Below are positions 10,950 to 20,248 of a stretch of 64,000 nt of DNA, one piece after another. The stretch is taken from the IMG/VR virus record IMGVR_UViG_3300029266_001112, positions 6,972-70,971 of that record, one strand, 5' to 3'. The notes beneath the pieces are model-generated. The model searched no databases. It saw only the letters and a list, made by a program, of their open reading frames with translations, and had not been told where the DNA came from. The translations under genes were made by a program, and so were the position numbers. This stretch comes from a virus. Position 1 is the first letter of the stretch; every line of letters starts with the position of its first letter.

Positions 10950-12160
10950 TGGCAAGATTAGAAAATGTAGATTTAAGTAATTCAATAAATGCTTGGAGAC
11001 AGAAAACAAATCTCACTGCAACATATATCGGTGATTTGGACAATTTAAATACTTCTGATAGTGGGACTATTGTAGGAGCAATCAATTCAATCCAAAGTAA
11101 ATTTGCTGTTAATGGTGAAGTACAAGGATTGGCAAAAACTGCTTTGGCGTTATCCACTGGTGGTTCTGGAGCGCATTCGTCTTTATCATACGCAGATTCA
11201 GCAGGGGTTGGTGGTGGTCTCTTTACTTTCACATGCAATACCCTTACTCATACAGATATTCCTAATTTGGACGGTGGCAAGATCACAACTGGAACTATTG
11301 ATCCTGGTAGAATACCAGCAATAGATGCACTGAATATAACAACTGGTACGTTAGCGACTGCTAGGTTACCTTATTTTTCTGCGAATCAAACGACAGCAGG
11401 GCAATTTGACAGTGACCGCATACCATCTTTATCAACAAGTAAAATAACTAAAGGCGTTTTTCTTATTGGAAGAATACCAGATATTCCCTCTAGTAAAGTA
11501 ATAGCAGATGGAAGTACTGTCCCATTAACTGCAATGGACCCATCACTCGTAAGAAACAATGTTTCTACAACATACTCAGGTACGAGAGTCTATAACGGCA
11601 CCAGCACTTTTTATGATACTGTTACGGTTGGAACTAGTGCCAGTCCCGTAGTCACTACTTTTAATGGAAATATAACTCACACTGGTAATATTATTCCTGC
11701 TGGTGTAAGTAATTCATATACAATTGGTACAGCAACAGAAAAGTATCTGTCGGTTCATGCTACAACATTTTCTGGAAATGCCACATCTGCTAATTTTGCT
11801 GACCTCGCGGAAAAATATACTACAGATGAGGATTATCCAGTAGGCACTGTTATGATGGTAAACTACGGACCTGCTAGAGATGGTGAAACCACCAAATGCT
11901 CACCCTCTGGTATTCCAGTTGGAGTTATTTCAGCGGAACCAGCATTTCTTATGAATGCAGAAGCAGAAGGTCAAGCACTTGCCCTTAAAGGTAGGGTTCC
12001 TGTTAGAGTGTGTGGACAAGTTAGAAAAGGTGAAGCAGTTTATACTTGGAAAGATGGTTGTGCCAGTACTGAGTTCAATGGTGCCGAAATAGTTGGAATT
12101 GCTCTTGAAAATAGTGATATTGAAGATGAAAAAATGATTGAGTGTGTTCTTAAAGTTTAA
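10949..12160 (+). CDS. Tail fibre-like protein with C-terminal intramolecular-chaperone (peptidase G2-like) domain
   Basis: About 20-aa ITTGT...RIP repeats; C-terminal ADLAEKY..GVIS..PAFLMN..LALKGRVPVRV..VRKGE. Confidence 0.7.
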   Translation: MARLENVDLSNSINAWRQKTNLTATYIGDLDNLNTSDSGTIVGAINSIQSKFAVNGEVQGLAKTALALSTGGSGAHSSLSYADSAGVGGGLFTFTCNTLTHTDIPNLDGGKITTGTIDPGRIPAIDALNITTGTLATARLPYFSANQTTAGQFDSDRIPSLSTSKITKGVFLIGRIPDIPSSKVIADGSTVPLTAMDPSLVRNNVSTTYSGTRVYNGTSTFYDTVTVGTSASPVVTTFNGNITHTGNIIPAGVSNSYTIGTATEKYLSVHATTFSGNATSANFADLAEKYTTDEDYPVGTVMMVNYGPARDGETTKCSPSGIPVGVISAEPAFLMNAEAEGQALALKGRVPVRVCGQVRKGEAVYTWKDGCASTEFNGAEIVGIALENSDIEDEKMIECVLKV

Positions 12161-12168
12161 GTTATCTA

Positions 12169-12197
12169 TTGACAATTTGAAGTGTGTATTATATAAT
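12169..12197 (+). promoter_or_regulatory. Consensus sigma70 (host RNAP, early/middle type) promoter for the enzyme cassette
   Basis: TTGACA (12169-12174), 17-nt spacer, TATAAT (12192-12197); SD AGAGGA at 12211-12216 before ATG 12224. Confidence 0.88.
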
Positions 12198-12223
12198 GAT
12201 GTTAGTCATCAGAGGATTTAACT

Positions 12224-12724
12224 ATGTTTACCAAAAATCAGTTCTTGAAACTAATTTCAAGTGATCTTGCGTATGAACAAAATATGATCTATGCCATCGA
12301 TAAGCATGGTAATGAACATCGTATGGAAAATTTTGCAGATACCTTCGCAAACAAATCTGAAAACTCTATCAAAATTGAAAGAATGGAACATTTCAATAGC
12401 GAGATATTTTCATACTGCTTGGGTTTAGAAACTCAATATGACCATATTGGTCCTATAACATGTCATTCGTTTTATGCAGAAGCGGGCGCACATTCTTTCA
12501 AAATGCATTCTGATCCTGATAAGGTTATTATATATTGTTGTGAAGGTGTTAAAACAATGGCAATGGAAGGTCATACTATGGGTGGCAATCCATTATTCAC
12601 TTTGAAAAAAGGCGCAACTCTACATATTCCAGCAAATACCAGACATCAAGCATTTAATGAAAGTGAAGCACTCACGTTGAGTTTTGGGTTGGAAAAGTTT
12701 ATAGAGGATAAAATACAAACCTAA
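12224..12724 (+). CDS. JmjC/cupin-type Fe(II)/2OG-dependent oxygenase
   Basis: HxD motif (MHSDPDKV..EGVKT) and distal His in LHIPANTRHQA..ALTLSFG. Confidence 0.75.
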   Translation: MFTKNQFLKLISSDLAYEQNMIYAIDKHGNEHRMENFADTFANKSENSIKIERMEHFNSEIFSYCLGLETQYDHIGPITCHSFYAEAGAHSFKMHSDPDKVIIYCCEGVKTMAMEGHTMGGNPLFTLKKGATLHIPANTRHQAFNESEALTLSFGLEKFIEDKIQT

Positions 12725-13743
12725 TGTTTTGGTCAGTCTATCTTAAAACCACAGAAACTTGTCAATTAAACTGCAAGCACTGCTTCACATCTGGCAGTGC
12801 TGGTGCTAAAATTTATTGGAATACTACTAAAATAGTTGATTGGATACATAGATTTCGTGAAGAAAAACCAGCAAAAGGTGATGGAATACATTTAGAGTTT
12901 CATGGCGGCGAACCATTTTTAGTCCCAGTTGGTCAAATGCGAAAAGTTTACGATGCTTGTGATGGTCTTTGGGATAATATGAGTTGGGGCGCAACAACTA
13001 ATTTAGTATACAAACTAAAAGATCAACATAAAGAATTTATTAAGGGACCACTTCGAAATAGATTGGGTACTTCTTGGGATCGTAAAATAAGATTTGAAAA
13101 TCAAAAACAATATAACCTCTGGCACAAAAATGTTAAATCCCTCTTAGCGGATGGGGTAACCATACGTTTGTTTATTAGTCTTACGAAAGACACCCTAGCA
13201 AAAGACCCTATTGTATTACTGAGATGGTGTCGAAGATTGGGAGTTCAAGAGGTATCTTTAGAAAGATTGACTAACAACGGAAATGCAAGGCAAGCATCAG
13301 AAATATTTCCATCTAACAAAGAACTTGATGCCTACTTTTTGAAAATGCACCAGCAAATCGTGGAGTATGGAGCAAGAGATTGGTTTGACAACGATTTTAT
13401 GGAAAACGTCTACGCAAAGTTTGAAAAGACCCACACCACTTGTGGAACTTTTTGTAGAGATTGTGAAACAAAATTATTCACAATAAATGGTGATGGTACT
13501 ATCAGCGGATGCCCAAACTCAGCACCAGAATTTCAATTCGGAACTTTAGATGATTCTATAAAAACTCTTATAAATAGTCCTAGAAGAATACGAACTATTA
13601 TCGAAGAAAAAATGAGGAACCCTAATTGCCTTCAATGTCCTGTTGCAAAATTCTGTGGTGGTGATTGTCACCAATTGGGGTGGGAAGGCGATGTGTGTGG
13701 CGCACCTAAAAGTTTGATGATGGAATTAGCAAAGAATGTCTAG
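12724..13743 (+). CDS. Radical SAM/SPASM-domain enzyme (#1)
   Basis: CxxxCxxC motif CQLNCKHC and FHGGEP; C-terminal CRDC..INGDGTISGCP..CLQC..FCGGDC..C. Confidence 0.92.
   Translation: MFWSVYLKTTETCQLNCKHCFTSGSAGAKIYWNTTKIVDWIHRFREEKPAKGDGIHLEFHGGEPFLVPVGQMRKVYDACDGLWDNMSWGATTNLVYKLKDQHKEFIKGPLRNRLGTSWDRKIRFENQKQYNLWHKNVKSLLADGVTIRLFISLTKDTLAKDPIVLLRWCRRLGVQEVSLERLTNNGNARQASEIFPSNKELDAYFLKMHQQIVEYGARDWFDNDFMENVYAKFEKTHTTCGTFCRDCETKLFTINGDGTISGCPNSAPEFQFGTLDDSIKTLINSPRRIRTIIEEKMRNPNCLQCPVAKFCGGDCHQLGWEGDVCGAPKSLMMELAKNV
13569..13576 (+). promoter_or_regulatory. T4-type late promoter inside rSAM #1, upstream of the CHSN-tail gene
   Basis: Exact TATAAATA 177 nt before ATG 13753; the only copy I found inside the cassette before the one at its 3' edge. 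Confidence 0.6.
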
Positions 13744-13752
13744 GAGATAAAA

Positions 13753-14607
13753 ATGGCAATATCAGACCCTATTACAGAAAATCCTGTAATTACAAAATAT
13801 AAACAGTTTGTAACTGATAAGATTAATAGTGCTATCGTATTTGGTGATGATAACTTACCTGACCAATCAACTGCAAGTTTTTTTTCTGGGACCACAACTG
13901 GAATAACAACCACCCCAGATTTGACTGATGCTCCAATAACTGCTGCAAATATTTTTGCTGTGCTTTTGAAGGATGTTAATCAATACACCAGAGTTAGAAA
14001 GTTTACGGCAGCACGAACTGTACTAGATGCTTTTGGTAATCCACTGACAGCAGCAGTACCACTCAATAATGAACCCATATTAGCAACCAATGTTGCAGCA
14101 TCCACCAATGCACAACAAGAAAATCTATTTGCGTGTGAATGGGCGACTGCTTTGAAAACCATTGTCGCAGCAGGTAACACCACTTTAGACCTTTCCACAA
14201 CTACTGCATTTTTTACTAAATGGGGTACTTATGGTGTCGGTGGACAACCAGACACTCTTTCAGAAGCAACATTATCTGGAGTTTCTGCTGATGCCGCATG
14301 TGTTGCAGCAACTCAAAAGTATGGTATAGCATTGCGAGGTTCTGCTCAAATCGGAGTTCCTTTTACTGCGAATGGTGTTGGAATCCTAACTGCCAAACAT
14401 AGTTTTACTATTGATTCTGCTGATGTTGATCATTCGATGATTATCTCAGGAGATTTGATTAACGATGTAGATTTAGAATCGTTATTTAATAATCTTTATA
14501 ACGCATGGAAAACTGTTGCCTTAGATGCTACTGCAACTGGATATACTGAATCTGTATGTCACTCAAATTGCCATTCTAATTGTCATAATTCAAGGAATAG
14601 GAGATAG
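13753..14607 (+). CDS. Putative modification substrate: Ala/Thr-rich virion-like protein with C-terminal CHSNCHSNCHNSRNRR tail
   Basis: Strong SD (AGGAGA). Composition resembles the structural proteins, not the Lys-rich enzymes around it. Cys/His tetrapeptide repeat at 14557-14607. The substrate role is inferred. Confidence 0.7.
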   Translation: MAISDPITENPVITKYKQFVTDKINSAIVFGDDNLPDQSTASFFSGTTTGITTTPDLTDAPITAANIFAVLLKDVNQYTRVRKFTAARTVLDAFGNPLTAAVPLNNEPILATNVAASTNAQQENLFACEWATALKTIVAAGNTTLDLSTTTAFFTKWGTYGVGGQPDTLSEATLSGVSADAACVAATQKYGIALRGSAQIGVPFTANGVGILTAKHSFTIDSADVDHSMIISGDLINDVDLESLFNNLYNAWKTVALDATATGYTESVCHSNCHSNCHNSRNRR

Positions 14608-14614
14608 TTTTATT

Positions 14615-15268
14615 ATGAGTAACTATGTTACAGTGACAGCACCATTGGGAATTGACGATCTACAAAAATACTTTTCCGATAATGATATAAATTTTATCAT
14701 TGATTATGAGAACAGCGAACTGCAAGGCGAAAAACTTCTAGTTTATTTGAGTAATTTGGAATTACCGTGCGATATTAAAATTAAAGGGAAAGACTTAGAA
14801 AGTCTAGCAGAAATCTATCTTCAGTTCCCTCAAATTGTAAGTATTAAAGTTTTAGAAGAGTTTATTATTGAGGTTCTACTGGCAAGAAAAAAATTATCTT
14901 TAGAATATTTAAATTCTTATCAGGATTTTATTGACAATAATGAGGAAATGCTTGATACATGGATAAAAAAGTTAGACTCACTAACCCTTTACAATATGTA
15001 TATTATTCAAGATGATTCCATAACAGATTGGGTGAAAGGTCATAAAGAAGACGATACAGATGACATTAAAGGAATTAATTTTGTATCAGTATTGAAGCAT
15101 GAAGACTTTTATTATTACTACAACGGTTTAGATACAGAGAATTTGACTTATTATTCAAAATATTTCAACGAATATATGTTTAATGGAAAAGGTCTATTCG
15201 ATTACTGGTCATATCAAAAAAATCCACTTTTCTTATTGACTTGGGGAGTTGGTGCAGGAGAAGTTTAA
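14615..15268 (+). CDS. Hypothetical acidic protein in the rSAM cassette
   Basis: ATG 14615 follows SD AGGAGA (the 14525 start in the track overlaps the upstream gene); no recognisable motif. Confidence 0.7.
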   Translation: MSNYVTVTAPLGIDDLQKYFSDNDINFIIDYENSELQGEKLLVYLSNLELPCDIKIKGKDLESLAEIYLQFPQIVSIKVLEEFIIEVLLARKKLSLEYLNSYQDFIDNNEEMLDTWIKKLDSLTLYNMYIIQDDSITDWVKGHKEDDTDDIKGINFVSVLKHEDFYYYYNGLDTENLTYYSKYFNEYMFNGKGLFDYWSYQKNPLFLLTWGVGAGEV

Positions 15269-16309
15269 TTGGATTTAGTAGATTTCATTTTAAGAGATAA
15301 AAGAGATAAGCAGCAAGAATACACAATTCATTTGTTTGAGTTTTGTAATCTATCTTGCCCGTTTTGCTGGCAAGACCACGACAACATTGTGGGTATTGAT
15401 ACTGTATTGGACAAGTTGGAATCAATAGAAAAGTTCTTTCAAAAAGAGATGAGAAAACATGTAGTTTTAAACATCATGGGTGGTGAAATTTTTGCTGATG
15501 AAATTTTTGATGAAAAACTAAAAAATGATTATATTTCTCTTGCACAAGGCATAACAGACTTAGGGAAAAAATATAAGTTTGAAAGCATAGGGATTAATTG
15601 GGTCACTAACCTTGTGATTAGTAAAAGAGACTACGTGCGCGACCTGTTGAAGGCGTGTAGGGATATGGGATGCAACTCAAAACTGGTAACTTCATATGAT
15701 CCTAGAGGTAGATTCAATAAACCAAACTTGGAAATTTTCAAGGAAAATGTGTATAATTTCTGGGATGATCTCGAAGGAATTGGTGTTCTTTTAACCAAGT
15801 CTAATATTAAATATTGGTTGACTGATCCTAAAGATTTTATGCACGAATTATATCATAAGGGCGTAAAGGTTTATGCTGATTACTACATGCCTGATTGTCA
15901 AGCAGAAAGAAGTATGCCAACAGACAAAGAGCATTATGATATTTTCACACATTTTATAGATAACTATCCTAAGATTGATCCAATTCGTTCTTGGATAGAA
16001 AATGAGCGAAATGTTGTTTCGTGTAGATCATCTAAACTAGTTCTTGAGGATGGTACGATGTGTTTATGCGGAAATCTTGTTCAAGAACCAAGAGATAAAG
16101 CAATGTATAAAACTGATATTCAGAAGGCGAACAATAAACCTATTGAAAAAGCATTTATTGAAAAGTATAATTGTTCCACTTGTGAATATTTTCATAGATG
16201 TACTCTTGGATGTTTCATGGCACATGATTACAAATATGCGGAGGAAGTTTTTGATGAATGTGTTTATAAAATGACACATAGATATATTGAAAATAAAGGA
16301 CTTCGATGA
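15269..16309 (+). CDS. Radical SAM/SPASM-type enzyme (#2)
   Basis: CNLSCPFC and MGGE; C-terminal SCRSS..DGTMCLCG..CSTCEYFHRCTLGC..C; TTG start. Confidence 0.9.
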   Translation: MDLVDFILRDKRDKQQEYTIHLFEFCNLSCPFCWQDHDNIVGIDTVLDKLESIEKFFQKEMRKHVVLNIMGGEIFADEIFDEKLKNDYISLAQGITDLGKKYKFESIGINWVTNLVISKRDYVRDLLKACRDMGCNSKLVTSYDPRGRFNKPNLEIFKENVYNFWDDLEGIGVLLTKSNIKYWLTDPKDFMHELYHKGVKVYADYYMPDCQAERSMPTDKEHYDIFTHFIDNYPKIDPIRSWIENERNVVSCRSSKLVLEDGTMCLCGNLVQEPRDKAMYKTDIQKANNKPIEKAFIEKYNCSTCEYFHRCTLGCFMAHDYKYAEEVFDECVYKMTHRYIENKGLR

Positions 16310-16310
16310 A

Positions 16311-16961
16311 ATGTTTTATTATGCCAACTGTGATAATTCTCCAATAAGTCAAACACTTTTAAATAGATTTACATCAAGAACTAAACTTCTAACCAATCCG
16401 ATTAAAGATATTGACATTGAATATAATGTATGTTATACTGTATTCGATTATTTGGTTGATAAGGAATTACCACCTTGCATTCATTTTTTAGATAATTTTT
16501 TGAGTAGTGAGGTGTACGTGTTTAGTACTTCTTTGTCAAGTAATTTATTATCTAAAGTAGATAGTAAATCTATGGTAGAAGATTATATTACTCAATTCAC
16601 AGGATCACCTAAAACTGCAATTAATAATGATTATGAACTAGGGTGGGTTGGGATAGAAAAATCTAAAGATTGTACGATAATGTCTAATATCCAAATCAAT
16701 GGGATATATAGAAAAAGTCTGACCAGAAGACAAGAGGTTGACTTTTATAGAACTATGGTAAATTTTTGTAGAAATGAAATAAAGATTAGACCTCTTTATG
16801 CTCCTACTGCCAAGACATTAAAATCACAAATGAACAAAATGTCCAATCATCCAGATAGTGCCATAATGGAATCTCCTTATACTTCCAAAATTTTGAAAGG
16901 GTTTAAAAAGACTAAATTACAAATAGATGGCAGTGAATTGGAGTTTTATAAAAGTGATTAA
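16311..16961 (+). CDS. Hypothetical protein in the rSAM cassette
   Basis: Open frame with ATG 16311 after SD AAGGA; no recognisable motif. Confidence 0.6.
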   Translation: MFYYANCDNSPISQTLLNRFTSRTKLLTNPIKDIDIEYNVCYTVFDYLVDKELPPCIHFLDNFLSSEVYVFSTSLSSNLLSKVDSKSMVEDYITQFTGSPKTAINNDYELGWVGIEKSKDCTIMSNIQINGIYRKSLTRRQEVDFYRTMVNFCRNEIKIRPLYAPTAKTLKSQMNKMSNHPDSAIMESPYTSKILKGFKKTKLQIDGSELEFYKSD

Positions 16962-18585
16962 AATTGGATATATTAATCCTGCTGGAATTCCATCAAGGAC
17001 AGAATTTAATTATCATTGGATGCTTTTTAAATGTTTCTATGAAGATTTTGGAAAATATCCAAACGACTTTGAGTGGGTTGAACCTATATTCAAATGGAAT
17101 GAAGTGAGCATTCAAGACTGTCTTGATAATTTAAAAGATTGTTCTATTGTTTTTTTCACTAACTATGTGTGGAATTATAAGATCAATGAAAAAATACGAG
17201 AAGGACTTGATCCAAAGACTATAGTTGTTCTAGGTGGACCACAACAAGACCCAGATATAATAAAAGACTATGATTACGTGGCAGACCCCCTTGCTCCTGG
17301 TGAGGTTTTTGTTCAGTATTTCCTTGATATGTTCATGGAAAATAATATAGAAACTTCTAGAATTCCTTTTTATCTGGGAAGTTCTGTAAAAGCACCTTTA
17401 CCTTTTGGTCATACGAATGTGTATAGGAGATGTGAAAATTATTTCACTAAGCAGTATGAACACTTTATTAAAAATATAGACTTATATGAACGAATAACCT
17501 TAATATATGAAAGCACTAGAGGTTGTCCATTTAAATGCTCTTACTGCGAATGGGGTGGTGGTACAGGCACAAAAGTTTTGAAAAAACCGATGGATGTGAT
17601 CGAAGATGAGATGCTTTTTATTGGACAGTTCAAAGGTGTTCATATAGACTTGTGTGATGCCAATACTGGGATGTTCAAAGATCGTGATAGAGAAATGATG
17701 ATGCATATGGTAAAAAATGGTGTGCAAATAGGTGAAAATTTATCTGTACTAAAGACCTTAAAACTAGAACAGAAAAAGGAAATGCTTGACTTTATGATTG
17801 AGCATGATATTACTAGACAAGTTATAAGTATCAGTCTGCAATCCATTTCAGAAGAAGCAAGAAGAATAGCAAATAGAAGAGACCTCACTGAAGAAGAAAC
17901 TTACGAATTAGTAGACCATCTAACCAATAAGTGGAATAACTTTAAAGATAAAGAACTATGGTTAGATTTAGAATTAATCTTAGGTATGCCTGGTTCAACA
18001 CTTGAAGACTTCTATGAAGAGTTTAGAGTATACTATAGAATTGGATTGAACGTATGGGATGATAGTAGATATCCTTATATGGTTCTACCTGCAACTGAAG
18101 CAGCAAGCGTGGAATATAAAGAGAAGTATAAAATAAAAACTTCTAAAGTATTAACTCAATTTGATGGTAATTATAGTGGAAAATGGGATGATGTTGAAGT
18201 AAATCAAATATATGGAAACGTGACATATGAGTATGATACCATAGTTGAATGTTTTTCATACACATTTGAAGAATACTTAGAGATGTTTATGATGAATCTG
18301 TTCACTCCACACATAGGTCTAAGTTTTATAAATGAATACACTACCTATGAAAATGTGTCTGAGGTCTCAAAAGAATTATGGAATATACTCAACGATATAC
18401 CTATATTTTTTGTCTATAAAGAATTGATAAGAAATATATTCTCTGATAATGTTCCACATAGTATGGATAAATTTGATGTAGGTAGTTTTTCTGGAAAGGG
18501 CATTATTGACGAAATGAAAGATTTATTAGATACAAATGAAAAATTAATAAGGAGAAGACTAGATGAATTCTGTGGAAATTTATGA
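16927..18585 (+). CDS. B12-binding-domain radical SAM enzyme (class B methyltransferase-like)
   Basis: N-terminal FTNYVWN..IVVLGGPQ; ESTRGCPFKCSYCEWG, DANTG, SLQS and ELILGMPG. Start may be GTG 16954. Confidence 0.85.
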   Translation: MAVNWSFIKVIKIGYINPAGIPSRTEFNYHWMLFKCFYEDFGKYPNDFEWVEPIFKWNEVSIQDCLDNLKDCSIVFFTNYVWNYKINEKIREGLDPKTIVVLGGPQQDPDIIKDYDYVADPLAPGEVFVQYFLDMFMENNIETSRIPFYLGSSVKAPLPFGHTNVYRRCENYFTKQYEHFIKNIDLYERITLIYESTRGCPFKCSYCEWGGGTGTKVLKKPMDVIEDEMLFIGQFKGVHIDLCDANTGMFKDRDREMMMHMVKNGVQIGENLSVLKTLKLEQKKEMLDFMIEHDITRQVISISLQSISEEARRIANRRDLTEEETYELVDHLTNKWNNFKDKELWLDLELILGMPGSTLEDFYEEFRVYYRIGLNVWDDSRYPYMVLPATEAASVEYKEKYKIKTSKVLTQFDGNYSGKWDDVEVNQIYGNVTYEYDTIVECFSYTFEEYLEMFMMNLFTPHIGLSFINEYTTYENVSEVSKELWNILNDIPIFFVYKELIRNIFSDNVPHSMDKFDVGSFSGKGIIDEMKDLLDTNEKLIRRRLDEFCGNL

Positions 18586-19093
18586 CGATTTTTTAAATAA
18601 AGATGAATTAAACTATATAAAGAAAACTTTCTCTATGGATAATCCAGAGATTGATGCTCTACCAAGGTTTGATATGCAGAAAAACACGGCAACAAATATT
18701 AAAAATCTCATGAAGGGGTTTCCAAATTTAAACAAGGCAAAGACTATTGCACTATGTAAAGATTCGAGTATAAGCAAGGTTGCGATAGCACACTTAATTA
18801 ATATTGTCAAGTATGAAGAAGATAATAGTGAGAATATGATTTGGGAACCGCATCACGATGGCACGGAGTCTAAAATCATCACTTTGTTCTTTATAGATAT
18901 AGATAAGGATGGTTGGCAAGGTGGCGAGTTGGATATTTATAGTTCACTTGATATTTTTGAATATCCAAAAAACAAAACTAGAATAGAACCAAAACCAGGT
19001 AGATTGGTTGTTTTTAATAGTTCTATGATCCATGGCATTAAACCATATTTCGGTAAAACGCCAAGGATGACTGTAAGTGTGGGGTGGGAATAA
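18563..19093 (+). CDS. 2OG-Fe(II) oxygenase (prolyl-hydroxylase-like)
   Basis: Motifs HHD, GGEL, PKPGRLVVFNS..HGI and RMTVSVGW. Confidence 0.88.
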   Translation: MNSVEIYDDFLNKDELNYIKKTFSMDNPEIDALPRFDMQKNTATNIKNLMKGFPNLNKAKTIALCKDSSISKVAIAHLINIVKYEEDNSENMIWEPHHDGTESKIITLFFIDIDKDGWQGGELDIYSSLDIFEYPKNKTRIEPKPGRLVVFNSSMIHGIKPYFGKTPRMTVSVGWE

Positions 19094-19094
19094 A

Positions 19095-19649
19095 ATGAAT
19101 ATAGACAAAAATTCTGGAAGTTTCATCGAAAATAATCCTGATATGTTTATTCATATAAAGGACACTCTTCCAAAATTAAAATGGTTGCGCCTCAAGCGGA
19201 GTGATTCCAAAAAATCAGATAGATGGCAGAGTGTTGCTTGGAATTATTATTTTCACTCTATGAAAAAGAAAATGTTAGAGACCGCAGACTTACTTTGGGA
19301 AACTTATTTACCTTGGGAAACCGAAAAGAATTTAGATTATTACACTATGTGGAATGGTACAGATACTGGTTCGTGCGAATGGCATCATGATACTGAGGGT
19401 GGTAATCTACAGTTTAATTTGTATTTTACAGATTTAGACCCAAATGGTGGTGGTGAGATTATGTTTAGGAACATGGAACAAAATAAGAAAATTACTACCT
19501 TTCATTTACCTAAAAAGTATGATATAATTATGAGTAGTGTTGGTAATGACCTAAAATTTCAACATAGAGTTGAGCATACCAAAAATCCAAAACAAGAAAG
19601 AATAACCATGCTGTTCAGATTTAAGGTGAAGGAATCTCCATGGAAATGA
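19095..19649 (+). CDS. 2OG-Fe(II) oxygenase (paralog A)
   Basis: WHHD..LYFTD..GGEIMF..QHRV..RIT; ATG 19095. Confidence 0.85.
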   Translation: MNIDKNSGSFIENNPDMFIHIKDTLPKLKWLRLKRSDSKKSDRWQSVAWNYYFHSMKKKMLETADLLWETYLPWETEKNLDYYTMWNGTDTGSCEWHHDTEGGNLQFNLYFTDLDPNGGGEIMFRNMEQNKKITTFHLPKKYDIIMSSVGNDLKFQHRVEHTKNPKQERITMLFRFKVKESPWK

Positions 19650-20248
19650 GAGATAAAGGGTATCTCACTGAAAATAGACAAGATATGTTTATTCACATTG
19701 AAAATACCATTCCAAAACTAAAATGGTTAAATATGAATACGGATAGTAAAGATACTATTCCAAAAATGCCATGGGCAAAATCTAAAGACTGTAGGAATTA
19801 TAGCATTCCTTGGAATTATCATTTGAAGGGTATGCGAAAAAAAATAAAAAAAACTGCTGACCTGCTCTACGATACATATTTGTCTAAGTATGAAGACCCC
19901 ATGGATTACTTCGGAAATCAAAATGATAGACGGTTAATATATTCATATATTTGGAATGGCACTTCTTCTGGTTCGGATGTCTGGCACAACGATTTAATTG
20001 AAGGTGCGAATGTTTTCTTTTTACTATATTTTACAGATATGGAATTGGGGTCTGGTGGCGAAATTATGTTTAGGAACATGGAAGAAAATAAACGTGTAAC
20101 TTGTTTCCATTTACCTAAAAAATACGATCTTATATTAGGTAGTCAAGACTTAAAATTTCAGCACAGAGTTGAAGATTTTCGAAAACCTTCTATGCAAAGA
20201 ATTACTCTGAACTTCGGATTTAATATAAAGAACTCGCCGTGGACCTAA
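19640..20248 (+). CDS. 2OG-Fe(II) oxygenase (paralog B)
   Basis: WHND..LYFTD..GGEIMF..QHRV..RIT; clear tandem paralog of 19095-19649. Confidence 0.85.
   Translation: MEMRDKGYLTENRQDMFIHIENTIPKLKWLNMNTDSKDTIPKMPWAKSKDCRNYSIPWNYHLKGMRKKIKKTADLLYDTYLSKYEDPMDYFGNQNDRRLIYSYIWNGTSSGSDVWHNDLIEGANVFFLLYFTDMELGSGGEIMFRNMEENKRVTCFHLPKKYDLILGSQDLKFQHRVEDFRKPSMQRITLNFGFNIKNSPWT

Noticed and set aside
14557-14607. CHSNCH as a c-type heme attachment site
   Set aside because: Spacing is CxxxCH with overlapping units rather than canonical CxxCH; there is no signal peptide and no cytochrome c maturation gene nearby. Not strictly excluded.
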